Shown here in pieces: positions 1 to 8,262 of a stretch of DNA of 34,387 nt. The position numbers were made by a program, and so were the translations under genes. Source of the stretch: an uncultured Clostridia bacterium (GTDB lineage Bacteria; Bacillota; Clostridia; Peptostreptococcales; Anaerovoracaceae); the NCBI GenBank assembly GCA_963558985.1, contig CAUWJW010000001.1:1-34387 (forward strand), given 5' to 3'. How positions within the stretch are numbered: position 1 is the stretch's first letter; the number at the start of each line of letters is the position of its first letter. The notes under the pieces are model-generated. The model did no database searches. It saw only the letters and a program-made list of their open reading frames with translations, and was not told the DNA's origin.

Positions 1-88
1 TGATTGTAGAAGTATAACACTGTACCCATTGCGTACCGTCCCGTAAATGCATATAATAAAAGAAAAGCAAAGACAAGGGGTAAGAGCA

Positions 89-1780
89 ATGAAAAAGCCA
101 ATTCCAATCGGATACGAAGATTTCAAACAGGTGATCGACGAAGACGCTTACTACGTAGACAAAACCGGCATGATCAAAGAACTTCTTGACTCAGCAGTCA
201 GCGTCAGTCTGTTTACCCGCCCCAGACGCTTCGGAAAAACATTAAACCTGAGCATGATCCAAAGATTCTTTGAAGATGAGCGGGACAGAGACGGTGAACC
301 GATTAATAACAAGAGCTTGTTTACAGGGCTGCAAATCATAAAACAAGGACAAAGATATCTCAGACATCAGCAGCAGTACCCGGTAATCCACCTGTCGCTG
401 AAATCTGCCAGGCAGCCGGATTTTCATCTGGCCTATGCAATGCTGAAACAGCAGATCATAGAAGAATACAGCAGGCACCAATACATCTTAAATGATTTGG
501 TTTTAACAAATGCAGAAAAGAAGAGATACACGGCCATTTTAAACGGAGCAAACGAGCCGTCTCTTTATTTGGATGCCCTGGCATTTTTATCAAAGTGCCT
601 TGCCATATACCATCAGCAGAAAGCCCTTGTACTGATTGACGAATACGATGTACCTCTGGAAAACGCCTGGTTTGAAGGTTTTTATGAGGAGATGAGCACC
701 TTTGTCCGCTCACTGTTTGAATCTGTACTGAAAACCAATCCGCACCTTAAGTTTGCCGTAATTACAGGATGCCTGCGGATCAGCCGGGAAAGTATTTTCA
801 CAGGTCTTAACAATCTGAGAATTTACTCCGTTATGGAGACTCGTTACGCAGAATGTTTCGGCTTCACTGTATCAGAAGTAAAGAAGATGCTGTCCTATTA
901 CGAGCTGGAGGATAAATATGACGAAGTAAAGAGCTGGTATGATGGATACCGGTTTGGTGCATGGGAAATCTACAACCCGTGGAGCATCATGAACTATGTG
1001 GATCGGGCAAGAACTGAACGGAATGCATTTCCCCGTCCCTACTGGTCCAATACATCCTCCAACAGTATTATTCGTGAACTGGTGGAGCAGGCGGACGAGG
1101 AAACAAGAGTGGAACTGGAGCAGCTGATTGCAGGGGAAACCATCGAGAAGCCTATCCATGAAGAAATTACGTATGAAGAGATACACCGGTCGCAGGAAAA
1201 TTTGTGGAACTTCCTTTACTTTACCGGATATTTAAAAAAGATCGGGGAGCGACAGCAGGGAGAAGAAATTTATATGGAACTGATCATCCCCAATGCTGAG
1301 ATACGATCTATCTACCGCAGCACCATTTTATCCTGGTTTGATGAAAAAATATGCAGTGTTGACTTTGAGCCTCTTTTGCAGGCCATCGAAACAGGAGACT
1401 GCCGCAATATGGAAAAACTCATTTCAGAGCAGCTTTTAGATACAATCAGCTTTTATGATTATGCAGAAAACTATTATCACGGCTTTCTTGCCGGCTTGCT
1501 GAAAGCACTGAAAAAGTACCGTGTTTTTTCCAATAGAGAAAGCGGCACCGGCCGTCCGGATATTTTGATGAAAACGCCGTTTATCCGAAATGGAACTGCT
1601 GTTATTTTTGAAATCAAAGCAGCAGACACTTATCAAACATTGAAAACATCCTGCGAGAGGGCATTGCAGCAGATTCGGGAACAAAACTACGAAGCTGCCG
1701 TCCGTATGGAGGGTTATGAAGCCGTGCGGAAATACGGAATTGCCTTCTACAAGAAGGAATGTATGGTGCTGGAAGGGTGA
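89..1780 (+). CDS. AAA-ATPase-like domain + C-terminal PD-(D/E)XK nuclease (PDDEXK_9/DUF1703 type)
   Basis: Family-typical N-terminus (KPIPIGYEDF..YYVDKT), Walker A-like RPRRFGKT, Walker B LIDEYD, YNPWSI, C-terminal NRESGTGRPDI..FEIK..ALQQI. ATG at 89 preferred over 47 because it follows AAGGGG and matches the family start. Confidence 0.9.
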   Translation: MKKPIPIGYEDFKQVIDEDAYYVDKTGMIKELLDSAVSVSLFTRPRRFGKTLNLSMIQRFFEDERDRDGEPINNKSLFTGLQIIKQGQRYLRHQQQYPVIHLSLKSARQPDFHLAYAMLKQQIIEEYSRHQYILNDLVLTNAEKKRYTAILNGANEPSLYLDALAFLSKCLAIYHQQKALVLIDEYDVPLENAWFEGFYEEMSTFVRSLFESVLKTNPHLKFAVITGCLRISRESIFTGLNNLRIYSVMETRYAECFGFTVSEVKKMLSYYELEDKYDEVKSWYDGYRFGAWEIYNPWSIMNYVDRARTERNAFPRPYWSNTSSNSIIRELVEQADEETRVELEQLIAGETIEKPIHEEITYEEIHRSQENLWNFLYFTGYLKKIGERQQGEEIYMELIIPNAEIRSIYRSTILSWFDEKICSVDFEPLLQAIETGDCRNMEKLISEQLLDTISFYDYAENYYHGFLAGLLKALKKYRVFSNRESGTGRPDILMKTPFIRNGTAVIFEIKAADTYQTLKTSCERALQQIREQNYEAAVRMEGYEAVRKYGIAFYKKECMVLEG

Positions 1781-1842
1781 TTTAGGATACCATATTGCAG
1801 ATATGCCAACTGTTGCAAAAAGTTATTTCTCTGATTTTATGT

Positions 1843-1871
1843 TTGATTTGTAGATTTATTTAGGGTAAAAT
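1843..1871 (+). promoter_or_regulatory. Putative sigma-A promoter of the zinc-ribbon gene
   Basis: TTGATT (1843-1848), 17 bp, TAAAAT (1866-1871). Confidence 0.5.
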
Positions 1872-1924
1872 ATAGGTACAAAGAGAAGAAACTATTATGC
1901 AGATTCTTCTTACGCAGATTTTCA

Positions 1925-1952
1925 CCGGGGGTGCAGGCTCCCGGATTTTTTT
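1925..1952 (+). terminator. Intrinsic terminator-like hairpin within the putative 5' leader
   Basis: CCGGGGGT-gcag-GCTCCCGG followed by ATTTTTTT. Confidence 0.6.
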
Positions 1953-2002
1953 AAAAATAAGAAGAACAGAGGAGCTTTAAACCGGATACGAGGAGGGATT
2001 AG

Positions 2003-3454
2003 ATGTACTGTGAAAATTGCGGAACAAAAGTGGACGATGATGCAAAGTTTTGTGAAAACTGCGGGACACTGATAGAGCCGGAAGCGGCAGCAGGCGATGA
2101 GGACAAAAGCGAGCCGGAAAACCTGTGGGATGTGCAGCAGCTGGTAAGAGACGAAACAATGAGCGATTTAGACGAACTGATGCACATGGGTACAGATGGA
2201 CAAACGGCTGAGCCTTCAGCAAGAGAAACACTGGAGCGAACCATGGTGTTTGTCAAACCGGGCGAGAAGAAAAGCGAAGAAACAGAGGAAATCACATCTT
2301 ACGGTCTGCCCGAAGAAGAGGTAGAGGCGCTGTCAGCGCTCATGCCGGATGTTTCCGGCCAAAACAGCCTGGCAGATCTGCCGGAACTGGAAGAAATTTT
2401 TTCAGCAGCGCAGGGGGCAAATGAAGTGAAAAACGATTCAGAAGAAACTGAAGAACTTCCGGCCGAGAACGAGGAAGAAGCCCCTCAGTCAAAAGAAGAA
2501 TCCTATGAAGAAGACGATAAACAAGGATTAGAGCAGGAGGCGGAACCGGAATACGAACCGGAGCCGGTTTCAGCTGCAATTCCGGAGTTTCCGGAACCGG
2601 AGGCACCGTCACATACCGAATACGAGCAGGAACAAATAGAGGCTGCTGTACAGACAGAGCCTGCAGAAACACAACGGCAGGAACGCTTCGAAGAAAATGC
2701 AGTGTACTGCACACAAGAACCTGCACAAGAACCTGCACAAGAAGCGCCTGCAGACAGAGCACCGCTCTTTTGCATGGCATGCGGAAAGAGACTTCCGGAA
2801 GGCGCAGCCTTTTGCGATGCCTGCGGAACAGCAACCGGAGAAGTAGAGCCTTCAGAAACCTACATGCGCAGAGCAGCAGGACAGGGAATGGCCATTTCAC
2901 TCATAAAAGACCTGTTCTTAAAACCGGCATCAACTCTGGAAAAAAGTGCCGGAGAAGATGCTTTTGTGGCAGGAACCGTGTTCTTCCTTGTGAAAGATGT
3001 GATCCTGGCCGTGTTATCCGCTCTCTTTATGAGCAAACTGACCGTCACACTTGGCATATTCGGATCGTGGCTTATCAATGGAGATCCATTTGGCTTTGCA
3101 GCAAAGATTTTTTTGTGCGCAGTCCTTCTGGATGCGCTGTGGATAGGTATTTTGTACGGAGCCGGATACCTGTTTAAGACGCATATAAATATCAAAGCAC
3201 TGGTAGGCGCCTGCGGTACAGCATCCCTGTTTACCGGAGTACTGCTCATTGCAGCTGTTATCATAACCGCCCTGTTTCCTCCGGCAGCATTCTGTGCAGC
3301 AGCAGTGACGGGTGCTGTTACCTTAGTGACCATGACAAAAGCAGCATCATCTGCATTGAAAATCCAGGCAGACAAACTGATCTATCTTATGGCGGCGACA
3401 GGAAGTATTTACATAATAATCCTGTTTACAGCAGGTCAGCTGCTGGCCCGATAA
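2003..3454 (+). CDS. Double zinc-ribbon membrane protein (zinc ribbon, long acidic linker, second zinc ribbon, about 5-6 C-terminal TM helices, Yip1-like layout)
   Basis: CENCG..FCENCG at the N-terminus, FCMACG..FCDACG internally, E/P/A-rich linker, hydrophobic C-terminus. RBS GAGGAGG. Confidence 0.8.
   Translation: MYCENCGTKVDDDAKFCENCGTLIEPEAAAGDEDKSEPENLWDVQQLVRDETMSDLDELMHMGTDGQTAEPSARETLERTMVFVKPGEKKSEETEEITSYGLPEEEVEALSALMPDVSGQNSLADLPELEEIFSAAQGANEVKNDSEETEELPAENEEEAPQSKEESYEEDDKQGLEQEAEPEYEPEPVSAAIPEFPEPEAPSHTEYEQEQIEAAVQTEPAETQRQERFEENAVYCTQEPAQEPAQEAPADRAPLFCMACGKRLPEGAAFCDACGTATGEVEPSETYMRRAAGQGMAISLIKDLFLKPASTLEKSAGEDAFVAGTVFFLVKDVILAVLSALFMSKLTVTLGIFGSWLINGDPFGFAAKIFLCAVLLDALWIGILYGAGYLFKTHINIKALVGACGTASLFTGVLLIAAVIITALFPPAAFCAAAVTGAVTLVTMTKAASSALKIQADKLIYLMAATGSIYIIILFTAGQLLAR
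2712..2743 (+). repeat. In-frame 12-bp tandem repeat (CACAAGAACCTG x2.7) encoding QEPA repeats
   Basis: Read directly from the sequence. Confidence 0.85.
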
Positions 3455-3579
3455 TGAAAAATGAAAAGCGGATTATGCAGGAAGAAGTCTTGAATTTTAC
3501 AGTCAAATAGTGTATTGTAAAAACAGATGATTTTGTATTCCTGTAAGAATATATAATTTTGGGAAGGGGGCAGAGCAGT

Positions 3580-3759
3580 ATGATAGAAAGTATTGCAGCT
3601 GCAAGTATCACGTATAGTCAGGCAAAGACCCAGCAGGCAGTCAGTGTTGCATTGCTCAAAGATGTAATGGATACACAGACAGCCCAGGCAGACCAGCTGC
3701 TTCGCAACTTGGAAGCAGCAGTCACAGGACTGGGGCAGAACATCGATGTACTTGCCTGA
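3580..3759 (+). CDS. YjfB family small protein (putative motility protein family)
   Basis: SIAAASITYSQAKTQQAVSVALLKDVMD...LGQNIDV pattern typical of YjfB. RBS GAAGGGGG upstream of the ATG at 3580. Confidence 0.8.
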   Translation: MIESIAAASITYSQAKTQQAVSVALLKDVMDTQTAQADQLLRNLEAAVTGLGQNIDVLA

Positions 3760-3761
3760 TC

Positions 3762-3817
3762 AAAGGATTGGCACTGCCGGTCCTTTAAGAAAGTGTGCCT
3801 GGGGCACACTTTTTTCT
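3762..3817 (+). terminator. Tandem hairpins, the second an intrinsic terminator after yjfB
   Basis: AAAGGATTGGC-act-GCCGGTCCTTT, then AAAGTGTGCC/GGCACACTTT followed by a T-tract. Confidence 0.8.
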
Positions 3818-3849
3818 TTAAGCAAGCGTAAGAAGAAAAAGGAGAACCA

Positions 3850-4518
3850 ATGAAAAAAGGAATGATAGCACTTCTGGTACTGCTTACAGGTATCTTTATG
3901 ACAGCCTGCGGTGAGGAAAAAGAGTACTCGGCCGAGCGGTATCATGAAATTATGGAGAGCGAAACAGCTAAATATTACTATAAAGCCAGTGTAGAATCGA
4001 TCTACTATGATATGGGGGAAGACACAGAGAAAAGCCTGAAAGCAGAGGCAAGAGACGGCAAGGGGAACTGGGTCATTGCAACAGGGACAGAGGAACTGGA
4101 CACTAGAGAAATCGAACTGGGCGACTATTTCTACACAGTTTTTGATCCGGATAAGGAATATACGAAGGAGAAAAAAGCAGAAGAAGAATCTGTAGAACTG
4201 ACTTATGCCGGAACTTCTGAAATGAAGCTGGCTGGAAAGACTTACAAGTACGATGAATACCGGGATGAATTTGAGATGGAATGGTACGGGGAAGAAGGAG
4301 AAGCACCTGTTAAAGAAAAATATTTGTATATAAAAAGGTACCTGCTGGATGAACAAGGCAAGCTGTATGGAATTTTGTACAGGCAGGAGCAGGAAGTCGG
4401 AGACGGACAGAAGAACAAACCGATCTATCAGTCCCTGGAACGGATTAGCGAATTTGAAGAAAACAGCTTTCCGGATGAGATTTTCCAGATTCCCGATACC
4501 TATAAAGAAGTAAAATAA
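3850..4518 (+). CDS. Lipoprotein of unknown function
   Basis: Signal peptide MKKGMIALLVLLTGIF with lipobox MTA-C, acidic Tyr-rich mature part. RBS AAGGAG. Confidence 0.8.
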   Translation: MKKGMIALLVLLTGIFMTACGEEKEYSAERYHEIMESETAKYYYKASVESIYYDMGEDTEKSLKAEARDGKGNWVIATGTEELDTREIELGDYFYTVFDPDKEYTKEKKAEEESVELTYAGTSEMKLAGKTYKYDEYRDEFEMEWYGEEGEAPVKEKYLYIKRYLLDEQGKLYGILYRQEQEVGDGQKNKPIYQSLERISEFEENSFPDEIFQIPDTYKEVK

Positions 4519-4561
4519 CCGGACATGACCGGTGCAGTGCAAGAAAAGGAGGAAATTATTA

Positions 4562-5287
4562 ATGGAACAGAGAGTAAAAGAAATCATAGAACGCAGCAAG
4601 CGGATCGTTTTCTTTGGAGGAGCCGGTGTTTCCACAGAGAGCAATATTCCGGACTTTCGATCGGAAAGCGGATTGTATCAGGCGGTTTCCCAGTACGGAG
4701 AGTCCCCGGAAACCATGCTTTCTCACGATTTTTTCATGAAAAAGACAAAAACCTTCTATGATTACTACAAGAACAACCTGATTTACAGGGAGGCAAAGCC
4801 CAATCAGGCGCATACAGCCCTTGCAGCACTGGAGCAGGAAGGGAAGCTGACAGCCGTAGTAACGCAGAATATTGACGGCCTCCACCAGCTGGCAGGAAGC
4901 AAGAATGTATACGAACTTCACGGATCGGTGCTGCGAAATTACTGTATGGAATGCGGAGCCTTTTACGATCTGGACTATACGATGGAAGAAAAAAACTGTC
5001 AGGATGGAATCCCAAAATGTGAAAAGTGCGGGGGCACGATCAAGCCTGATGTGGTGCTGTACGGGGAAGCACTGGACGAAGATGTGATTAATGGAGCAGT
5101 CCGGGCTATTCAGGAAGCAGATACGCTGATTGTAGGCGGCACCTCTTTGGTTGTTTACCCGGCAGCCGGGCTGATTAATTATTTCAGTGGAAAGGATCTG
5201 ATTCTGATTAACAAATCCCAGACCCAGTACGATGGCAGAGCGACACTGGTCATTAATGATGCAATCGGCAAAGTGCTGGGTGACTAA
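4562..5287 (+). CDS. cobB: NAD-dependent protein deacylase, Sir2 family
   Basis: GAGVSTESNIPDFR, TQNIDGLHQ, HGS, CxxC..CxxC zinc site, KPDVVLYGE, GTSLVVYPAA. RBS AGGAGG before ATG 4562. Confidence 0.93.
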   Translation: MEQRVKEIIERSKRIVFFGGAGVSTESNIPDFRSESGLYQAVSQYGESPETMLSHDFFMKKTKTFYDYYKNNLIYREAKPNQAHTALAALEQEGKLTAVVTQNIDGLHQLAGSKNVYELHGSVLRNYCMECGAFYDLDYTMEEKNCQDGIPKCEKCGGTIKPDVVLYGEALDEDVINGAVRAIQEADTLIVGGTSLVVYPAAGLINYFSGKDLILINKSQTQYDGRATLVINDAIGKVLGD

Positions 5288-5327
5288 TGCAAAAAAAACG
5301 GAAAGGCAAAGCAGGAAGGGGGAAATT

Positions 5328-6293
5328 GTGACTGTTTTTAGAGAAGGTGTTTTATTCTGTTACCTTTTTGCCATATTCTTAGGAATTGCAGGGATTACAA
5401 TGGTATTTCTGGCAGGGAGCAGACGTCCCGGTAAAATGAACCGGGCGCTGAAGGTGTTTCTGATCGGGATGCTGATTATGAGTCTTTATGATCTGCTCCT
5501 TTATTACACAGGATACGTTTTAGGCGACATTAAAGATATGCTGACCCTGAGAATCGGCAGCTGCATCATCGCTCTGCTTTTTTACTTCTGGCTTCATCTG
5601 GAACAGCAAATTGCAAGAACCGAAGAATTTAGCATGTTCCACAAGGCAGCAAGGACGTACATTCTGATTTATGCGATCCTATGGTTCCTGTCAACGATTC
5701 TGTTCAGAGTAAACTATTTCTATGCGCTGCGATGGATTCTTCTGGTGACAGACATTATACTCCTGCTGATCCTGCTGGTAGGCAGCGTTGCATATATGAG
5801 CAGATGTATGCTCGACCACTGCTCTAAAGGGACACTGTACTATATGATTATTGTAACCGCCATGCTGGTATGGAACTACGCCTCTTATTTTTGGGGAGAA
5901 ACATCGGTATACTGGGGAAACAGCAAATTTATAAGAGAACCGCTGGACCTGACGATTATTTTCTGGTTTGTTGTAAATGCTGCCAGCGTATGCTTCATCT
6001 ACTACAACGATTTTAAGCCTGCATTCGAGCCTGTGCAGGTGCAGAAAGAAGAGACAAAGGAATTTAACATCGAGGAGCGGATGGAAGAAGTGGCAGCGCA
6101 GTATGAGCTGACAGAAAGAGAAAAGGATCTGAGCCGGCTGATTTACCAGGGCAAGACAAACGGGCAGATTGCCGAGACCCTGTTTATTTCCGAGAGTACC
6201 GTAAAAACACATGTTTATAATATTTTTCGAAAAATGGATGTAAAGAGCCGTATGGAAGTGATCCGTATTATACGGGGAACAGAAGAACTATGA
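5328..6293 (+). CDS. Membrane-anchored LuxR-family one-component regulator (about 7 TM helices + C-terminal HTH)
   Basis: Multiple hydrophobic segments, then LTEREKDL..G.TNGQIAETLFISESTVKTHVYNIFRK. GTG at 5328 after GAAGGGGG. Confidence 0.88.
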   Translation: MTVFREGVLFCYLFAIFLGIAGITMVFLAGSRRPGKMNRALKVFLIGMLIMSLYDLLLYYTGYVLGDIKDMLTLRIGSCIIALLFYFWLHLEQQIARTEEFSMFHKAARTYILIYAILWFLSTILFRVNYFYALRWILLVTDIILLLILLVGSVAYMSRCMLDHCSKGTLYYMIIVTAMLVWNYASYFWGETSVYWGNSKFIREPLDLTIIFWFVVNAASVCFIYYNDFKPAFEPVQVQKEETKEFNIEERMEEVAAQYELTEREKDLSRLIYQGKTNGQIAETLFISESTVKTHVYNIFRKMDVKSRMEVIRIIRGTEEL

Positions 6294-6295
6294 AA

Positions 6296-6351
6296 AAAAG
6301 GAATACCGCATCAGAATCAGATTGTTTTTTTCTAATGCAGTATTCCTTCTT
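6296..6351. terminator. Probable bidirectional terminator between the convergent luxR and TM2 genes
   Basis: AAGGAATACCGCATCAGA ... TCTAATGCAGTATTCCTT imperfect inverted repeat with an A-run on the left and T-rich sequence on the right. Confidence 0.6.
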
Positions 6352-6375
6352 TGTATCTGAACAGTTTATGAACCT

Positions 6376-6687
6376 TTATGCAACAGAAGAAAGGAGTTTT
6401 TTATAATTTGCTTCTTCTACACTGTGTTTGTTAAAATAAATGTCAGCCAGCCACCAGGTGCCAAAGGTCAGAACCACCATAGCCAATTTGTAGCCGAGCA
6501 TTTTTAATCCGCCCTGGTAAAGGCGATCAATTCCGACAAAACCGACAAAGATGGAAAGAATCAGTGCCAGTGTGGGATTTTTAAAAGATAAATTTTTCCA
6601 GTCGGTGTGGCTGCAGCTTGCAATTAAAGTGTCGGCTTCCTGCGCATGATCCTTACCGACATATCTTTTTAATGTGTCAATATCCAT
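6376..6687 (-). CDS. TM2 domain-containing small membrane protein
   Basis: KNPTLALILSIFVGFVGIDRLYQG..KL..LTFG.WWLAD matches the TM2 pattern. AAGGAGG on the minus strand at 6700-6706. Confidence 0.85.
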   Translation of the reverse strand: MDIDTLKRYVGKDHAQEADTLIASCSHTDWKNLSFKNPTLALILSIFVGFVGIDRLYQGGLKMLGYKLAMVVLTFGTWWLADIYFNKHSVEEANYKKLLSSVA

Positions 6688-6740
6688 ATGATTTTAGAAC
6701 CTCCTTACAAAATTGTTAACTTTCTTTTCCGGTCAGGGAA

Positions 6741-6818
6741 AGAATACCAGAAAACGGCAGGTCTGTCTGTAGAACCCTGGTATGAAGCGCAGCTAAACCG
6801 GCTACAACTTTAGTATGA
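6741..6818 (-). promoter_or_regulatory. TM2 promoter with two candidate LuxR/NarL-type operator sites
   Basis: Minus strand: TCATACTAAAGTTGTA (6818-6803), TCATACCAGGGTTCTA (6785-6770), then CAGACA, 17 bp, and TATTCT with an upstream TG. Confidence 0.6.
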
Positions 6819-6899
6819 AACAGTCTAAGACTGCCGGGAGTCTGAATTTTTCGCATTTTAGGATGCGGAAAAAAGGGAATTTTTATATAGTGCAAACTA

Positions 6900-6908
6900 T
6901 GATATAAT
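6900..6908 (+). promoter_or_regulatory. Extended -10 promoter element for the surE operon
   Basis: TG-A-TATAAT. Confidence 0.55.
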
Positions 6909-6951
6909 ACTTTCATCTAACGAATGATTTTGCGGAAAGGGGTACAAGAAT

Positions 6952-7716
6952 TTGAATTTGCTACTAACAAATGATGATGGGATTGATGCGGCAGGGATCC
7001 GCAACCTGGCGGCAGCACTGTCCCGGGAAGCAGATGTTTATGTATGTGCGCCGCATACCCAGCGGAGTGCGGCAGGACACGGGATTACGGTAGGAAAACC
7101 CATTGAGGTGGAGGAAGTTCCATTTGAAGGGGCAGTAAAGGCATATGCAGTAACCGGAACACCTGCCGACTGTGTGAAGATTGGCACAAAGATCCTGCGT
7201 GATCAGAACATCAAGATTGACATGGTGTTTTCAGGCATTAATCTGGGAGGAAATCTGGGTACAGATACGCTATACTCGGGAACTGTTTCAGCAGCAGTAG
7301 AAGGATCCCTTTGCGGGATTCCGTCGGTAGCAGTATCGGTAAACAGCCATCAGGCAACTCATTTTGAACTGGCCTGTGAACTTGCTGTCAACGCATGCAA
7401 GAACGGATTTGCGCACATGGATGCCAAAACAGTATTGAATATCAACACACCGGATCTTCCGAAAGAGGAAATCAAAGGCATCAGATATACAAGACTGGGA
7501 GCCAGAGAATATAAAGAATGGTTCCATCCGAAAACAGGTGAAAACGGCAGGACGCAGTACTGGTACGAAGGCAATCCGGTTGTTTATGAAGGACTGCCCG
7601 GTGATATTGACGTGATTGCCATGCAGGACGGCTTTGCCAGCATTACACCGCTTCAGTATGACCTTACAAATTATAATATGATAGATACAATAAAAAAATG
7701 GGGGTTAACGGAATGA
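6952..7716 (+). CDS. surE: 5'/3'-nucleotidase SurE
   Basis: LLTNDDG, GTPADCV, SGINLGGNLG, YSGTV, SITPL. TTG start. Confidence 0.95.
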   Translation: MNLLLTNDDGIDAAGIRNLAAALSREADVYVCAPHTQRSAAGHGITVGKPIEVEEVPFEGAVKAYAVTGTPADCVKIGTKILRDQNIKIDMVFSGINLGGNLGTDTLYSGTVSAAVEGSLCGIPSVAVSVNSHQATHFELACELAVNACKNGFAHMDAKTVLNINTPDLPKEEIKGIRYTRLGAREYKEWFHPKTGENGRTQYWYEGNPVVYEGLPGDIDVIAMQDGFASITPLQYDLTNYNMIDTIKKWGLTE

Positions 7717-8258
7717 ACCTTGCAGTAAAAGAAGATGCAGTACTGGCAGTCATCGACTTGCAGGAAAAACTCATGCCTGCCATGGCAAATGCGCAGCAGC
7801 TGGAACATACCGCTTTAAAATTGATAAAGGGTCTTAAAATCCTGGGCGTACCTGCCATCGTGACGCAGCAGTATACAAAAGGTCTGGGCGCAACCATTCC
7901 GTCTGTTGCTCAGGCCCTCGGCGACTATGAGCCTGTTGAGAAGACAACCTTCAGTGCAATGAAGGAGCCTGCCTTTGCAGAAGCTCTGAAGAAGTCCGGA
8001 AAAAAGACTGTGATTCTCATAGGGATCGAGGCGCATATCTGTGTGCAGCAGACAGCACTGCAGCTGCTGGAAGAAGGTTGCCGGGTATATGTGATCCGGG
8101 ACTGCATTGCATCAAGAAGCGAGACAGACAGCGCATGCAGCATGCAGCGCATGGCTGCAGCAGGAGCTGTCATTACCACTTATGAATCCATTCTTTACGA
8201 ACTATTGGGAGGAGCAGGAGAAGAAGGGTTTAAAGCCATTTCTTCGATTGTAAAATAA
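7713..8258 (+). CDS. Isochorismatase-family (cysteine hydrolase) protein, YcaC/ISOC-like
   Basis: VIDLQEKL, QYTKGLGAT, EKTTFSA, GIEAHICVQQT. ATGA overlap with the surE stop. Confidence 0.9.
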   Translation: MNLAVKEDAVLAVIDLQEKLMPAMANAQQLEHTALKLIKGLKILGVPAIVTQQYTKGLGATIPSVAQALGDYEPVEKTTFSAMKEPAFAEALKKSGKKTVILIGIEAHICVQQTALQLLEEGCRVYVIRDCIASRSETDSACSMQRMAAAGAVITTYESILYELLGGAGEEGFKAISSIVK

Positions 8259-8262
8259 GCTT

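Noticed and set aside
4562-5287. Sir2 protein as part of an anti-phage system with the nearby ATPase-nuclease
   Set aside because: It is a compact zinc-binding CobB-type deacylase with all housekeeping motifs, not a SIR2_2 defence NADase, and it is separated from the nuclease by three genes and terminators.
6716-6916. 66-aa minus-strand ORF upstream of TM2
   Set aside because: No RBS or motif, and it runs across the promoter/operator region, which explains the sequence better.
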